From assembly GCA_049291975.1 (NCBI GenBank), contig JBATQJ010000152.1, forward strand, positions 601 to 64,600: a stretch of 64,000 bases of DNA, read 5' to 3'. This DNA is from Scrofimicrobium sp. Its GTDB lineage: Bacteria > Actinomycetota > Actinomycetes > Actinomycetales > Actinomycetaceae. The notes below the pieces were generated by a model. That model made no database searches. It had not been told where the DNA came from and was given only the letters and a program-made list of their open reading frames with translations. The position numbers and the translations under genes are program-made. Shown piece by piece: positions 8,008-18,314 of this stretch. Numbering within the stretch: position 1 is the stretch's first letter; every line of letters starts with the position of its first letter.

Positions 8008-9342
8008 CTACTCCCCCGCCCCTGACTCTGAGATCGACTCATCGTCGCTCAGCGACTCGACATGTAGTCGCGTAATCCGCCGACCCCGCATGGCGACAAC
8101 ACCAATTCGCGCGTCGTCTGTGACAACCTCATCCCCGACCTCTGGAATACTCCCGAGTTCGTCCATGACGAAGCCCGCCAGCGTCTCGTACGGGCCGTCG
8201 TCGCCCACATCGATTCCGGTCTGCGCTAGTAACTCATCGGGGCGCAGCGTCCCAGGAACCATGTAACCACCACCGGGTGTGGACTTGATTCCCATCCGTC
8301 TGCGGTCATGCTCGTCGGAAACCTCCCCCACCAGTTCCTCGACCACGTCTTCAAGGGTGACGATACCCGCCGTGGATCCGTATTCGTCCACGACCACCGC
8401 CATCTGTAGTCCCCCGCGCAGGTCAACCAGCAGTGGCGCCAGCCCCACCGTCTCGGGAACAAACACTGGTTCGACGCTCAGCGAACTTGAGGTCGCGGGG
8501 ACTTCGCTACGCCGTTCGTAGGGAATCGCAACCGCTTTACGAAGTGACGCGATCGCGGTGACCGCTTCGCCACTTGGGTCAAGGATCGGGAACCGAGAGT
8601 GTCCCGTCTCCCTCGCCAGATCAATCAGATCAGTGGCCGTCGCGTCGCTAGGAAGCGCGCGCACCCGCCCGCGGTCGGTCATCACATCCACCGCCGTCAA
8701 CTCACCCATAAGGATTGAGCGAGTGAATAGATCTGCCGTCTCCTCGGCCAGAGTTCCCTCTTCCGCGGAGTGTCGGACGAGGAATGCCAGTTCGGAGGCA
8801 GATCTGGCGGAGGAAATCTCTTCCTTCGGCTCTATTCCGAAGAGGCGCAGAATCCAGTTCGCCGTTCCGTTCAACACTGCGATGATCGGCCGGAACAGCC
8901 AGGTGAATCCCATCTGAAACGGGGCGGTCAGTTTCGCCGTCGCCATCGGATCTGACAGCGCCATGTTCTTTGGAACCAGTTCACCAAAAAGCATCGAAAA
9001 CGCGTTTACAACGATCAGCGCAACAATCACGCCGACGGTCGTAGAAAGAGCGACCCTCACTCCGGCGTTCGTCAGAAGGTTTGTGAACAGCTCAGATAGT
9101 GCAACCTGGGTCGTGTAACCGAGCAGGATAGTCGTGAGCGTGATGCCCACTTGAGCCCCGGAAAGTTGGGTAGAAAGATGTTTTAGTGCTTTCAGCACTC
9201 CGGTGGCCCCGCGCTGACCCTCTTGAGCCTTCCGTTCAACGGAGGCCTGATCGAGTGCAACAAAAGAGAACTCCGCCGCGACGAACACCGCCGTACCGAA
9301 GGTTAAGACTACTCCCAACAGGATCATCAGGACGTCACCCAT
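8008..9342 (-). CDS. CNNM/DUF21 + CBS + CorC_HlyC-domain membrane protein
   Basis: FVAAEFSFVALD, GELVPKN, CBS repeats and a C-terminal transporter-associated domain (GYMVPGTLRPDEL...ITRLHV). ATG at 9342 is preferred over TTG at 9372. Confidence 0.9.
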   Translation of the reverse strand: MGDVLMILLGVVLTFGTAVFVAAEFSFVALDQASVERKAQEGQRGATGVLKALKHLSTQLSGAQVGITLTTILLGYTTQVALSELFTNLLTNAGVRVALSTTVGVIVALIVVNAFSMLFGELVPKNMALSDPMATAKLTAPFQMGFTWLFRPIIAVLNGTANWILRLFGIEPKEEISSARSASELAFLVRHSAEEGTLAEETADLFTRSILMGELTAVDVMTDRGRVRALPSDATATDLIDLARETGHSRFPILDPSGEAVTAIASLRKAVAIPYERRSEVPATSSSLSVEPVFVPETVGLAPLLVDLRGGLQMAVVVDEYGSTAGIVTLEDVVEELVGEVSDEHDRRRMGIKSTPGGGYMVPGTLRPDELLAQTGIDVGDDGPYETLAGFVMDELGSIPEVGDEVVTDDARIGVVAMRGRRITRLHVESLSDDESISESGAGE

Positions 9343-9733
9343 GGCGATACCAGCCCCTCGTGACTGAGTCAACGGATCCTCTGTATCTGGGTCTATTTAC
9401 CGCTGTTGAAACGTGCCAAATGCAACGTTCTACAACTACCTGATTCTGCCTCCCGCTGCGCCAGACGCAACGGGAGCCGAAATGTGGAGGTTCATCCTGT
9501 GCGCGAGCCATAGTGAGCCAACTATACCGAGACTTATATCCACCTCGCCCGGAGCGTTCAGTCTCGATTACCACCGATCTCTGATGCGGCGGAATCCGCT
9601 TGGTAAACACTGGGATAACAGCAGGTAAAACCCGGCGTTTCTGGTGGAACAAACTAAGACTTAGGGCCCGGATGTCCCTAGACTGAGTCGGGATTGATGG
9701 CCGCCTGGCTATCTTGGAGTCGAGGGAGCTTCC

Positions 9734-12700
9734 GTGAGCGAAGAAGGTCAAGCTGCATACGCAGAGCTTGGGCCAAACGACTGGTACATCGCGCATATGT
9801 TCGAGATGTTCACTGCCGATCCGCGCAGTGTGGATGACTCGTGGCGTGGATATTTCGAAGCGAACCCGGAGGTCGGACCCAAGTCGCTTGAATCGTTAGA
9901 TTCCGGGTCTGAGGGCCCAATCATGGAGAGTGAGACCGTTCCTTCAACGGAACTCGCCTTCGACGCCTCAGACCGTGATCCTTCGACCCCCGTTCCTAGG
10001 GCGACTCCGGCGACCAGACCGCATGATGAGCTGGTCACGCGCTCTGATCTGCCTCCGGCCCCCACACCGCAGATCAACGAGGCGACCTCTCCTTACGTTC
10101 GCGCTCACCAGCAGAGTCTTCGAGTCTCTATGCGTACCAACTCGAACGAAGAAGACGAAACGATGGTTCTTCGCGGTGCCAGCCGGGCGGTCGCGAAAAA
10201 CATGGAAGCTTCGCTGACGGTGCCCACCGCAACATCAGCGCGCGATATCCCCGCGAAACTGATGATCGAAAACCGCTACGTCATCAACAGCCACCTCGCA
10301 CACACAGTTGGCGGCAAGGTGTCGTTCACGCACCTGCTGGGCTACGCCCTGGTCGAAGCCCTCGCGGAGCTCCCCAAGCTGAACGTCCGCTATACGGAGA
10401 AGGACGGCAAGCCCGCGGTCGAAGAGCTTGGTCACATTGGCCTAGGTATCGCGGTTGACATCCCCAAGGACGACGGAAGCCGCTCACTGCTGGTGCCCGT
10501 AGTTCGGGGTGCGGACACTCTGACATTCCTTGAGTTCGTTGCGGCAATGAACGACCTAATTTCCCGTGCTCGGCAAGGCAAGCTCACCGCCGAGGACTTC
10601 CAGGGGGCAACCGTGTCCCTAACGAACCCTGGGACCCTGGGAACCACCCATTCAGTTCCTCGTCTGATGTCAGGACAGGGCGTCATCATCGGTATCGGTG
10701 CCACTGATTATCCAGCAGAATGGGCCGGCGTATCCCCTAAGCGCCTAGCGGAACTTGGGATCGGCAAAACCATGTACGCGACTTCGACGTACGATCACCG
10801 GGTCATTCAGGGCGCAGACTCCGGAACCCTTCTGAGGAAATTTGCCGACAAGCTAAGTGGTAAGGACGACTTCTACGACCGGGTCTTCGATGCCCTAGAG
10901 ATCCCGTATCCGCCGTACAGGTGGGAAGCAGACCGCGTCTATGACATCTCTCAAGAAAAGGGCAAGCAGTCCCGGACCACGGAGTTGATCCACGCTTACC
11001 GCTCCCGCGGCCACTTGGCAGCGGATACAGATCCACTCGCCTACCGAGTGCGACGCCACCCGGACCTGGAACTGGGTCGCTACGGCCTCACGGTGTGGGA
11101 TCTGGATCGAACGTTCCCGACCGGCGGCTTCGGCGGTTCATCCCAGATGGTCTTGCGTGACCTACTACAGCGCCTTCGCGACACGTACACACGTAGCATC
11201 GGGATCGAATACATGCACATTCAGGATCCGGCGCAACGACTCTGGGTTCAAGAACAGGTTGAGGCTCCCTACCAAAAGCCCAGTTCAGAAGAGCAAAAGC
11301 AGATCCTCACCACCCTGATCCACGCCGAGGCGTTCGAGGAGTTCCTCCAAACCAAGTTCGTCGGGCAGAAGCGTTTCTCGCTTGAGGGCGGCGAATCGCT
11401 GATTCCCCTCCTGGACGCGGTCATGTACGACGCGGCCGAGGCGGGGCTTGCCGAGGTAACGATCGGGATGGCGCACCGCGGCAGGCTCAACGTTTTGGCG
11501 AACATCGCCGGAAAGTCTTACTCCCAGATCTTCTCCGAGTTCGAGGGCAGCGAGCACATGCGCGGTACCCGGGGCTCCGGCGACGTCAAGTACCACCTGG
11601 GAACAGAGGGCGTGTACTCAGCAGGTGACGGCCTTGCAACAAAGGTGTATCTGGCGGCAAACCCCTCACACCTTGAGGCCGTTGACGGCGTTCTACTCGG
11701 CATCACCCGAGCCAAGGACGATCTGCTGGACGATCCGACCTGGCCCGTTCTCCCAGTGCTGGTCCACGGCGACGCCGCCTTCATCGGCCAGGGCGTGGTT
11801 TATGAGTGTCTGAACATGAGTCAGCTTGAGGGGTTCCGTACCGGCGGCACCCTTCACGTGATTATCAACAACCAGATCGGTTTCACTACCGGCCCCACGG
11901 CCGGGAGGTCAACCCGGTATCCAACCGATTTAGCGAAGGGCCTGCAGGTTCCGATATTCCACGTCAACGCGGATGATCCCGAAGCCGTGGTCCGAGTCGC
12001 CCGACTCGCTTTCCGCTACCGCGAGGAGTTCAACAAGGACGTCATCATCGACCTAGTTTGCTATCGGCGTCGTGGACACAACGAGGGCGACGACCCGTCG
12101 ATGACTCAGCCTCTGATGTACAGGCTCATCGACGATCTTCCTTCGACCCGAGCCGTTTACACAAGCAACCTGATCGGTCGTGGTGACATCAGCCAAGAGG
12201 AGGCGAACCAGTTCCTTCAGGAGTACGAGGTGCAGCTGGCGAAGATTCTCGATGAGACCCGCGAACGAGGAGGCATACCTGATCGCCAAACCGCGGCAAG
12301 TCAAACTCCTGGCGCTGACCCCCACTACCCCGTGGCGGAACGGCACGGCCTTGAGGTTCCTGAGTCACAACTTCCCGGCTCGGGCATGATGATTGGTTGG
12401 ACCTCTGCTGTCTCAGCGCAGGAACTGGAACGAATCGGCGAGGCCTACACTTCTCTTCCCGAAGGGTTCACGCCCCACAAGAAGCTCGAGCAACTCTCCG
12501 AGCGGCGACTTGCGATGTCCCGCGGTGAGGTTCCCATCGATTGGGGATTCGCTGAGCTCCTGGCCTGGGGAACCATGCTGATGGACGGCACGCCGGTCCG
12601 CGTCAGTGGTCAAGATGCCCGACGCGCTACGTTCGTTCAGCGTCACGCGGTGCTCCATGATCAAAATGATGGCAGGGAGTTCACTCCGCTCAATTTCCTC

Positions 12701-13612
12701 ACCGAGGATCAGGCTAGCTTCCAGATCTACGACTCTCCCCTGTCTGAATATGCCCCGCTCGCCTTCGAGTACGGTTACTCGGTTGAGCGTCCCGACATGT
12801 TCGTTGCCTGGGAGGCGCAGTTTGGTGACTTCGTGAATGGAGCTCAAACGGTCGTCGACGAGTTCATTTCATCCGCCCAGCAGAAGTGGGGCCAGGCAAC
12901 CTCGATGGTGATGATGCTGCCGCATGGGTACGAGGGGCAGGGTCCCGACCACAGTTCCAGCCGCATGGAGCGCTATCTGCAACTGGCGGCCGAGGACAAC
13001 TTCTGGGTGGCCCAGCCTTCGACTCCCGCGAACCACTTCCATCTGCTCCGCACACAGGCATATCGCAGGCCTAGGAGTCCTCTCATCGAGATCACTCCGA
13101 AGCAGCTTCTGCGACTCTCGGCGGCAAACTCGTCCCGGGAAGAGTTTGTCCAGGGTGAGTTCCTCCCCGTGATCGGCGAGGCGGACCCGGAGATCACGGC
13201 AAATGCCAACGCGGTACGTAAAGTCCTGATCTGCACTGGTCGGGTCTACTACGACCTGGCAAAGCAGCGGGAAAAGCTGGGAGCCAAGGACGTGGCGATC
13301 ATCCGTATGGAACGTCTCTACCCTCTGCCGGTAGAAGAACTCAGTGTGGCGCTTCAACCATTTGGCGACGCTGAGTTGGTGTGGGTGCAGGATGAACCCG
13401 AGAATCAGGGTGCGTGGCCGTTTATGGCCCTGAACCTGTTCCCGCTATTGGGCAGAGTGCCTCTGACCTCGGCGGCTATCACTAGCGGAACGATCCCGAG
13501 GTGTCCGACGGTCTCAGTCATATCGCGCGAGGCTGCTGCCTCACCGGCAACGGGCCTGGGCTGGCGTCACCGCGAGCAAGTGGCATCAATCCTCGACCGT
13601 TCCTTCGAGTAG
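9734..13612 (+). CDS. kgd: Multifunctional 2-oxoglutarate decarboxylase/dehydrogenase E1 with E2-like succinyltransferase domain (Kgd/OdhA type)
   Basis: A 1292-aa protein. N-terminal FGPN-like start, E2-like core (TSTYDHRVIQGADSG), TPP-dependent E1 motifs (GMAHRGRLNVL, HGDAAFIGQGVV) and C-terminal ASPATG. GTG start with GAGGGAG upstream. Confidence 0.95.
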   Translation: MSEEGQAAYAELGPNDWYIAHMFEMFTADPRSVDDSWRGYFEANPEVGPKSLESLDSGSEGPIMESETVPSTELAFDASDRDPSTPVPRATPATRPHDELVTRSDLPPAPTPQINEATSPYVRAHQQSLRVSMRTNSNEEDETMVLRGASRAVAKNMEASLTVPTATSARDIPAKLMIENRYVINSHLAHTVGGKVSFTHLLGYALVEALAELPKLNVRYTEKDGKPAVEELGHIGLGIAVDIPKDDGSRSLLVPVVRGADTLTFLEFVAAMNDLISRARQGKLTAEDFQGATVSLTNPGTLGTTHSVPRLMSGQGVIIGIGATDYPAEWAGVSPKRLAELGIGKTMYATSTYDHRVIQGADSGTLLRKFADKLSGKDDFYDRVFDALEIPYPPYRWEADRVYDISQEKGKQSRTTELIHAYRSRGHLAADTDPLAYRVRRHPDLELGRYGLTVWDLDRTFPTGGFGGSSQMVLRDLLQRLRDTYTRSIGIEYMHIQDPAQRLWVQEQVEAPYQKPSSEEQKQILTTLIHAEAFEEFLQTKFVGQKRFSLEGGESLIPLLDAVMYDAAEAGLAEVTIGMAHRGRLNVLANIAGKSYSQIFSEFEGSEHMRGTRGSGDVKYHLGTEGVYSAGDGLATKVYLAANPSHLEAVDGVLLGITRAKDDLLDDPTWPVLPVLVHGDAAFIGQGVVYECLNMSQLEGFRTGGTLHVIINNQIGFTTGPTAGRSTRYPTDLAKGLQVPIFHVNADDPEAVVRVARLAFRYREEFNKDVIIDLVCYRRRGHNEGDDPSMTQPLMYRLIDDLPSTRAVYTSNLIGRGDISQEEANQFLQEYEVQLAKILDETRERGGIPDRQTAASQTPGADPHYPVAERHGLEVPESQLPGSGMMIGWTSAVSAQELERIGEAYTSLPEGFTPHKKLEQLSERRLAMSRGEVPIDWGFAELLAWGTMLMDGTPVRVSGQDARRATFVQRHAVLHDQNDGREFTPLNFLTEDQASFQIYDSPLSEYAPLAFEYGYSVERPDMFVAWEAQFGDFVNGAQTVVDEFISSAQQKWGQATSMVMMLPHGYEGQGPDHSSSRMERYLQLAAEDNFWVAQPSTPANHFHLLRTQAYRRPRSPLIEITPKQLLRLSAANSSREEFVQGEFLPVIGEADPEITANANAVRKVLICTGRVYYDLAKQREKLGAKDVAIIRMERLYPLPVEELSVALQPFGDAELVWVQDEPENQGAWPFMALNLFPLLGRVPLTSAAITSGTIPRCPTVSVISREAAASPATGLGWRHREQVASILDRSFE

Positions 13613-13637
13613 ATCCAGGTTTGCTATCCAAGCGCGG

Positions 13638-13683
13638 AAGAGCCCCCGACCTATCGGTCCTACGACCGTGGTCTGGGGCTCTT
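13638..13683. terminator. Stem-loop between the convergent kgd and bL37 genes (possible bidirectional terminator)
   Basis: AAGAGCCCC (13638-13646) pairs with GGGGCTCTT (13675-13683). The 28-nt interior has short GACC/GGTC pairings. Confidence 0.45.
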
Positions 13684-13733
13684 ACTATTTGGCCTTGCGG
13701 CCCATCTAGTCCTGCGCGGATTGTCCGCGCGGC

Positions 13734-13808
13734 TTAGGTGTTGGGGCGCTTGCCGTGATTCGCCTTGTTCTTACGACGTGCCCGCTTCTTGCGTCCGCGT
13801 GTGCTCAT
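13734..13808 (-). CDS. 50S ribosomal protein bL37 (24 aa)
   Basis: ATG at 13808 preceded by GGAGGCAGTA. It translates to MSTRGRKKRARRKNKANHGKRPNT with a TAA stop, matching the conserved actinobacterial bL37 pattern (xxKRGRKKRxRxxxKANHGKRPN). Below the track's 60-aa cutoff. Confidence 0.8.
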   Translation of the reverse strand: MSTRGRKKRARRKNKANHGKRPNT

Positions 13809-13953
13809 TACTGCCTCCGTATCGCCCGCAATCCGCGAGTCCTCGTACTGCTACCAGTGAAAACTATCAGGATCACGGCCCTAAGCGGAACCTGAGGCCG
13901 TGTGAGATTCGAAAAAGATTCGCGTATCCGGCGCCCAACAGGGCAGCCACGCG

Positions 13954-14196
13954 CTAGTTGTCGTCGGGCTCCTCGTTCAATTCCCTGAAGGTCAGGGCGA
14001 CGAACCGTACCTCGCGCACAATTCTTGCCTTGAGGGTTGGCGGGCAGGCCGTCGGCATGCATGCACGCAGTAGTGCCCGCATCTGCACCACTTCCCAGGG
14101 GGCGTGATCCGAACAGACAGGGCAGTCTTTGCCGTGGTCCTCCGGCGCGTTTTCCCCACGATCCGTGGAGTCATCAATCGAGTCTGCTTCCAGCAT
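13954..14196 (-). CDS. rshA: Zinc-associated (ZAS) anti-sigma factor, RsrA/RshA type
   Basis: HxxxCxxC motif present as HGKDCPVC, plus a downstream Cys pair. The ATG at 14196 overlaps the sigma-factor TGA (ATGA). Confidence 0.8.
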   Translation of the reverse strand: MLEADSIDDSTDRGENAPEDHGKDCPVCSDHAPWEVVQMRALLRACMPTACPPTLKARIVREVRFVALTFRELNEEPDDN

Positions 14197-14822
14197 CAGT
14201 CCACCTCCCATCCTCGTGCTTCGGCTTCTGTCCGCAACGACCTTCTCAGTTTCTCGCGGCCCCTATGGATCCGACTAGTCACAGTACCCATTGGAACTTC
14301 AAGTAGCTCTGCGATTTCCTTGTAGCTGAACCCCATAACGTCAGACAGATACACAGCCCGGCGCTGGTCACTCGGTAGTTCTTCAAGCATCCGAAGCACC
14401 TCAGCACTCTCAAGCTGAACTATGGCTTCGCTTTCGGCAGATGGAGAAACAGGAGCATTCGCAATCATCGACTGCTCGGGGCCGTTCGAGTCTTGGGCGG
14501 CGCTGCTCAGTTGCCAGTCGGCTGGGAGCGGATCACCGATCCGTCCCAAGTCCCTTCTCTTGCTGCGGTAGTCCGATATGAATGTGTTGGTCAGAATCCG
14601 GTAGAGCCACGCCCGGACGTTCGTTCCCTCCTCAAACGACGCAAAATTGGAGAAGGCACGCAGGTAAACATCCTGGACCAAGTCCTCCGCATCGCTTGGG
14701 TTTCGCGTCAGGCCGAGCGCAGCGGCATACATCTGGTCAAGGAAAGGCAGTGCCTCCGCCTCAAACCTGGCCTCAAGTTCTTCGAGTCGCAACGTCTCCG
14801 CCGCACTTGGTGGTGCATTCAT
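14196..14822 (-). CDS. sigH: ECF sigma factor, SigH/SigR-like
   Basis: Region 2 [14 protein letters not shown]...WLYRILTN and region 4 [34 protein letters not shown]. The real start is MNAPP at 14822; the remainder of the 412-aa track ORF is antisense to aroA. Confidence 0.9.
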   Translation of the reverse strand: MNAPPSAAETLRLEELEARFEAEALPFLDQMYAAALGLTRNPSDAEDLVQDVYLRAFSNFASFEEGTNVRAWLYRILTNTFISDYRSKRRDLGRIGDPLPADWQLSSAAQDSNGPEQSMIANAPVSPSAESEAIVQLESAEVLRMLEELPSDQRRAVYLSDVMGFSYKEIAELLEVPMGTVTSRIHRGREKLRRSLRTEAEARGWEVD

Positions 14823-14882
14823 CCCCTCAAGGCTACAGCCACCCGCATTCACAATCCTCTGCGAATGAAATAGGGCCCGAAG

Positions 14883-16331
14883 TTGGCGAGCACTGTGGAC
14901 GTAATTTGGACCAGGTCCCACAATGGGAGGGTGACTATCAACTGGCCCGCCCCGACGCCCCTGGCGCCTCTCAGCGCTGAGGTTGTGCTGCCCGGATCCA
15001 AGTCCCAGACCAGTCGCGCATTGGTCATTGGAACTATCGCTCAGCACCCAACGATTATTCGAGGGGCATTGGCTTCGCGAGACAGCTACCTTGCCTCGAA
15101 GGCTATGGAGCAGTTTGGTGCCCGATTCGAGTACAGCCAGTCGTCGAATGAGGTCACCGTGTATCCTCCGGTAGAACTCAAGGGCGGAGGCACCATCGAC
15201 TGCGGACTCGCGGGAACGGTGATGCGTTTTGCTCCTGCTCTCGCGGCATTCGCGAATGGAAAGACCCAGTTCATCGGCGACCAGGCCGCTCAGAAACGCC
15301 CGCTCGCCCCCCTGATGAACGCCCTCATCTCCCTCGGTGCCAAGGTGAAGTATCAGGGGGAAGAGGGCTATCTCCCCCTGCGCGTTCGGGGGCGCGCAAC
15401 TCGGCCTACCTCCGCGTTCGAGGAACTGGGCCACGGCAGGTGGGACGCACCCTCCGCTCCGGACGTTGCCGTCGATACCACCAGCTCATCGCAGTATCTT
15501 TCTGCCCTCCTCTTGGCTTCTCCGCTGTTCCCGGTGCCGACGGTGCTGAGGGCTGAGGGACGCATCCCCTCGTGGCCCTACGTGCAGATGAGCATTGACA
15601 TGCTGGCCGATCAGGGAGTGGACATCAAGAGAACCTCATCGTCCAGCTGGCTCACCGAATCGATTCGTCCCTGTGGGAATCCGATTAGCATCGAACCGGA
15701 CCTTTCAAATGCCGGGCCCTTCCTGGCGGCGGCCTTACTGAGCGGCGGGAACGTCACCGTCCGTGACTGGCCACAAGACACTGACCAGGTCGGCAAGTAC
15801 TGGCTGGATCTTCTACCCCGTTTCGGCGCGACCGTGGCGCTTTCCCGACTCGGGTTGACCGTCCACGCCCCCCGCGGCCTCGAATGGTCGGGGATGGAGT
15901 TTGATCTGGCTCCGTGCGGAGAACTCGCCCCTACTGTTGCGGCGCTTTGCCTGTTCGCCACATCACCCTCGACCATTATCGGTATCGGCCACCTCCGCGG
16001 ACACGAAACGGACCGGCTGGCTGCTCTTGCTGAGCAGATCAGCAAACTAGGCGGCAAAGCAAAGATTCTGCGAGACGGGATCCGGATCATTCCCGCTCCT
16101 TTGAGCCCAACTCTGATCAATACCTATGACGACCACCGCATGGCCACCTTCGCGGCACTGGTGGGGCTGCGAGTTCCCGGATGCATCGTCGAGAACATTG
16201 AGACCACTGCGAAGACCCTCCCGGCGTTTCCGGCCAGGTGGGGGTCGATGCTTGACGGCGCCGCCTCGCCCGAGCCGCTTTGGCTCTCGCAGGTCGTCGC
16301 TGATCCCTCTATCGTTGGAAGCAAGCACTAG
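14883..16331 (+). CDS. aroA: 3-phosphoshikimate 1-carboxyvinyltransferase (EPSP synthase)
   Basis: [32 protein letters not shown] and DDHRMATF. The start is uncertain: TTG 14883 or GTG 14931. Confidence 0.9.
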   Translation: MASTVDVIWTRSHNGRVTINWPAPTPLAPLSAEVVLPGSKSQTSRALVIGTIAQHPTIIRGALASRDSYLASKAMEQFGARFEYSQSSNEVTVYPPVELKGGGTIDCGLAGTVMRFAPALAAFANGKTQFIGDQAAQKRPLAPLMNALISLGAKVKYQGEEGYLPLRVRGRATRPTSAFEELGHGRWDAPSAPDVAVDTTSSSQYLSALLLASPLFPVPTVLRAEGRIPSWPYVQMSIDMLADQGVDIKRTSSSSWLTESIRPCGNPISIEPDLSNAGPFLAAALLSGGNVTVRDWPQDTDQVGKYWLDLLPRFGATVALSRLGLTVHAPRGLEWSGMEFDLAPCGELAPTVAALCLFATSPSTIIGIGHLRGHETDRLAALAEQISKLGGKAKILRDGIRIIPAPLSPTLINTYDDHRMATFAALVGLRVPGCIVENIETTAKTLPAFPARWGSMLDGAASPEPLWLSQVVADPSIVGSKH

Positions 16332-16361
16332 ACGGGAAGCAAAAGGCATCGAGAGGCACTC

Positions 16362-17396
16362 TTGGCGAAGTATGACACCGGAACGGATGACGGGCGGGTA
16401 CGTGTAAGACCCCCCAAATCCTCGCGTCCCCGCACAAAGCGTCGCCCAGACTATTCGGACCGACCATCGGGGCGCGTTGTGGCTGTGGATCGCGGCCGCT
16501 TTGCCGTCGCCCTCGACTCTGACCAGGACCTAGTCGTATCGGCCGTCAAGGCGCGGGAGCTTCCTCGTGCCTCAGTGGTCATCGGCGACCGGGTGCGACT
16601 GACAGGGGACCTCACCGGAGCCGAAGGCACGCTCGCCCGCATCGCTCAGGTCGAGGAACGCAAGAACGTTCTGCGCAGAAGTCTGGAAGAAGCCGCAGAG
16701 GGCCGAGGCGAGAAAATAATCGTCTCGAATGCAGACCTGATGATGATTGTGGTCGCGGCGGCGACTCCGCCACCGCGTGTGCGAATGGTTGACCGTTGCC
16801 TGGTTGCGGCGCACGAGGCGGGAATTCCGGCGGTCCTGTGCCTGACCAAAACGGACCTGGCTGACACGGACGAGTTTGCCGGACACTTTGACGGCTTCGG
16901 CCTCACCATCGCCCAAACCAAAGTGGTGGACGGCAAGATGGTGGGGGTCGATGAGGTCGAAGACCTGGTTACAGACCGCTTCTCCGTGCTGATTGGCCAC
17001 TCTGGTGTTGGAAAGTCAACGCTAATCAATGCCTTGGCACCCAATGCCGACCGAGCCGTGGGCGAGGTTAACCAGCACACCGGCAAGGGTCGTCACACCT
17101 CAACCAGCGCCGTCGCGCTTCCGCTGCAAGACGGAGGCTGGATGGTTGATACGCCCGGGGTGCGATCATTCGGTCTGGGTCACGTCAGTGAAGCCGACGT
17201 GCTTGAGGTTTTCCCCGGGATTGCGGAGGCAGCTGAACTGTGTCTACCAAACTGTAGTCACGCGGCTACGGAACCCTCGTGCGCAATTGATGCCTGGGTT
17301 CAGGAAGCTCCAAATGATGGGGCGGTACCGCGAAAGGAACGCGCCGAACGGGCAAGGAGCCTGCTGGAAGCACTCCCAAGCAGCCACTGGGAGTAG
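16362..17396 (+). CDS. rsgA: Ribosome small-subunit-dependent GTPase A
   Basis: Circularly permuted GTPase: LTKTDL, then GHSGVGKSTLINAL, then DTPGVRSF. C-terminal Cys/His zinc motif (C..CSH...EPSCA). TTG start. Confidence 0.9.
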   Translation: MAKYDTGTDDGRVRVRPPKSSRPRTKRRPDYSDRPSGRVVAVDRGRFAVALDSDQDLVVSAVKARELPRASVVIGDRVRLTGDLTGAEGTLARIAQVEERKNVLRRSLEEAAEGRGEKIIVSNADLMMIVVAAATPPPRVRMVDRCLVAAHEAGIPAVLCLTKTDLADTDEFAGHFDGFGLTIAQTKVVDGKMVGVDEVEDLVTDRFSVLIGHSGVGKSTLINALAPNADRAVGEVNQHTGKGRHTSTSAVALPLQDGGWMVDTPGVRSFGLGHVSEADVLEVFPGIAEAAELCLPNCSHAATEPSCAIDAWVQEAPNDGAVPRKERAERARSLLEALPSSHWE

Positions 17397-17398
17397 TT

Positions 17399-18217
17399 CT
17401 ATTCCTGAGCCAGGATCTTAAGTACGGGCTCAGCCAACCTACCGTTGGTGACGACTGCGCCCGGACCCCAGGGCCCGGGATCACCGTGCAGGTTGGTGAA
17501 TGTGCCGCCTGCTTCCGTGACGATTGGCACCAGGGCCGCCATATCGTGAAGGGCCAGTTCGGGTTCGGCGGCGAGGTCGACCACTCCTTCGGCAACCAAC
17601 ATGTAGCTCCAGAAGTCCCCGAATCCACGGGATCGCCAGCATTCGCCTACCAGCCGCTGGAACTGGGCTCCGCGGCCCGTCGTGACCCATCCCTCGTACG
17701 AGGAGTACGAAATGAAAGCATGATCCAGTGCAGCGACATCCGAAACACGGATCGGCCTGGGTACCGATGAGTCGTACGAGGCCGAGGTGAACGCCCCACC
17801 CCCCTTGGTTGCCCACCAGCGCCGCCCCAGCGCCGGGGCGGAAACAACACCGAGAACTGGAGACCCATTCTCGATCAAGCCAATGAGCGTCGCCCAAACC
17901 GGGACGCCCCTGACATAGTTGTGAGTTCCGTCAATCGGATCGATGACCCACTGACGAGCGTTAGATCCCTCCTCCAAGCCCTCTTCTTCACCGAGAATCG
18001 CATCGTCTGGCCGCCGTCGTCGCAGGATTTCGCGAATCTCCGCCTCACAAGCCTTGTCAGCATCTGACACAAGGGTCATGTCCGCCTTGGTTTGGACATT
18101 CAAGTCAAGCGCTCTGAATCGGGTCACTGAGACCAGATCGGCTGCGTCCGCCAGGGACAGGGCCAGTAGTAGGTCATCGTCGAGTAGGCGGCCGGGAGGA
18201 TTCTGGGAAGGACTCAT
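17399..18217 (-). CDS. hisN: Inositol monophosphatase family protein, probably histidinol-phosphatase HisN
   Basis: EE...WVIDPIDGTHNYVRGVPVWATLIGL and WDMAALVPIVTEAGG-type motifs. Confidence 0.8.
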   Translation of the reverse strand: MSPSQNPPGRLLDDDLLLALSLADAADLVSVTRFRALDLNVQTKADMTLVSDADKACEAEIREILRRRRPDDAILGEEEGLEEGSNARQWVIDPIDGTHNYVRGVPVWATLIGLIENGSPVLGVVSAPALGRRWWATKGGGAFTSASYDSSVPRPIRVSDVAALDHAFISYSSYEGWVTTGRGAQFQRLVGECWRSRGFGDFWSYMLVAEGVVDLAAEPELALHDMAALVPIVTEAGGTFTNLHGDPGPWGPGAVVTNGRLAEPVLKILAQE

Positions 18218-18314
18218 AGTGCCAGGCTACTTTGATCCGTCACAGTGTGAGTCGTCAGACCAATCCCACAACTTGGTTGACTGTGCTTTTGGTACCTGCA
18301 CTACCATCAGTCAT

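Noticed and set aside
13380-13612. Odd-looking Kgd C-terminus (GRVPLTSAAITSGTIPRCPTVSVISRE...) as a possible frameshift
   Set aside because: The frame is continuous and ends with the conserved ASPATG...EQ...ILDRSF-type tail. It is more likely a lineage-specific insertion than a sequencing or frameshift problem.
14823-15434. N-terminal 204 codons of the 412-aa track ORF 14196..15434
   Set aside because: This part is antisense to aroA and is Arg/Gly/Ser-rich with no sigma-factor similarity. The sigma factor begins at MNAPP (14822). This is a long-ORF artefact of high GC content.
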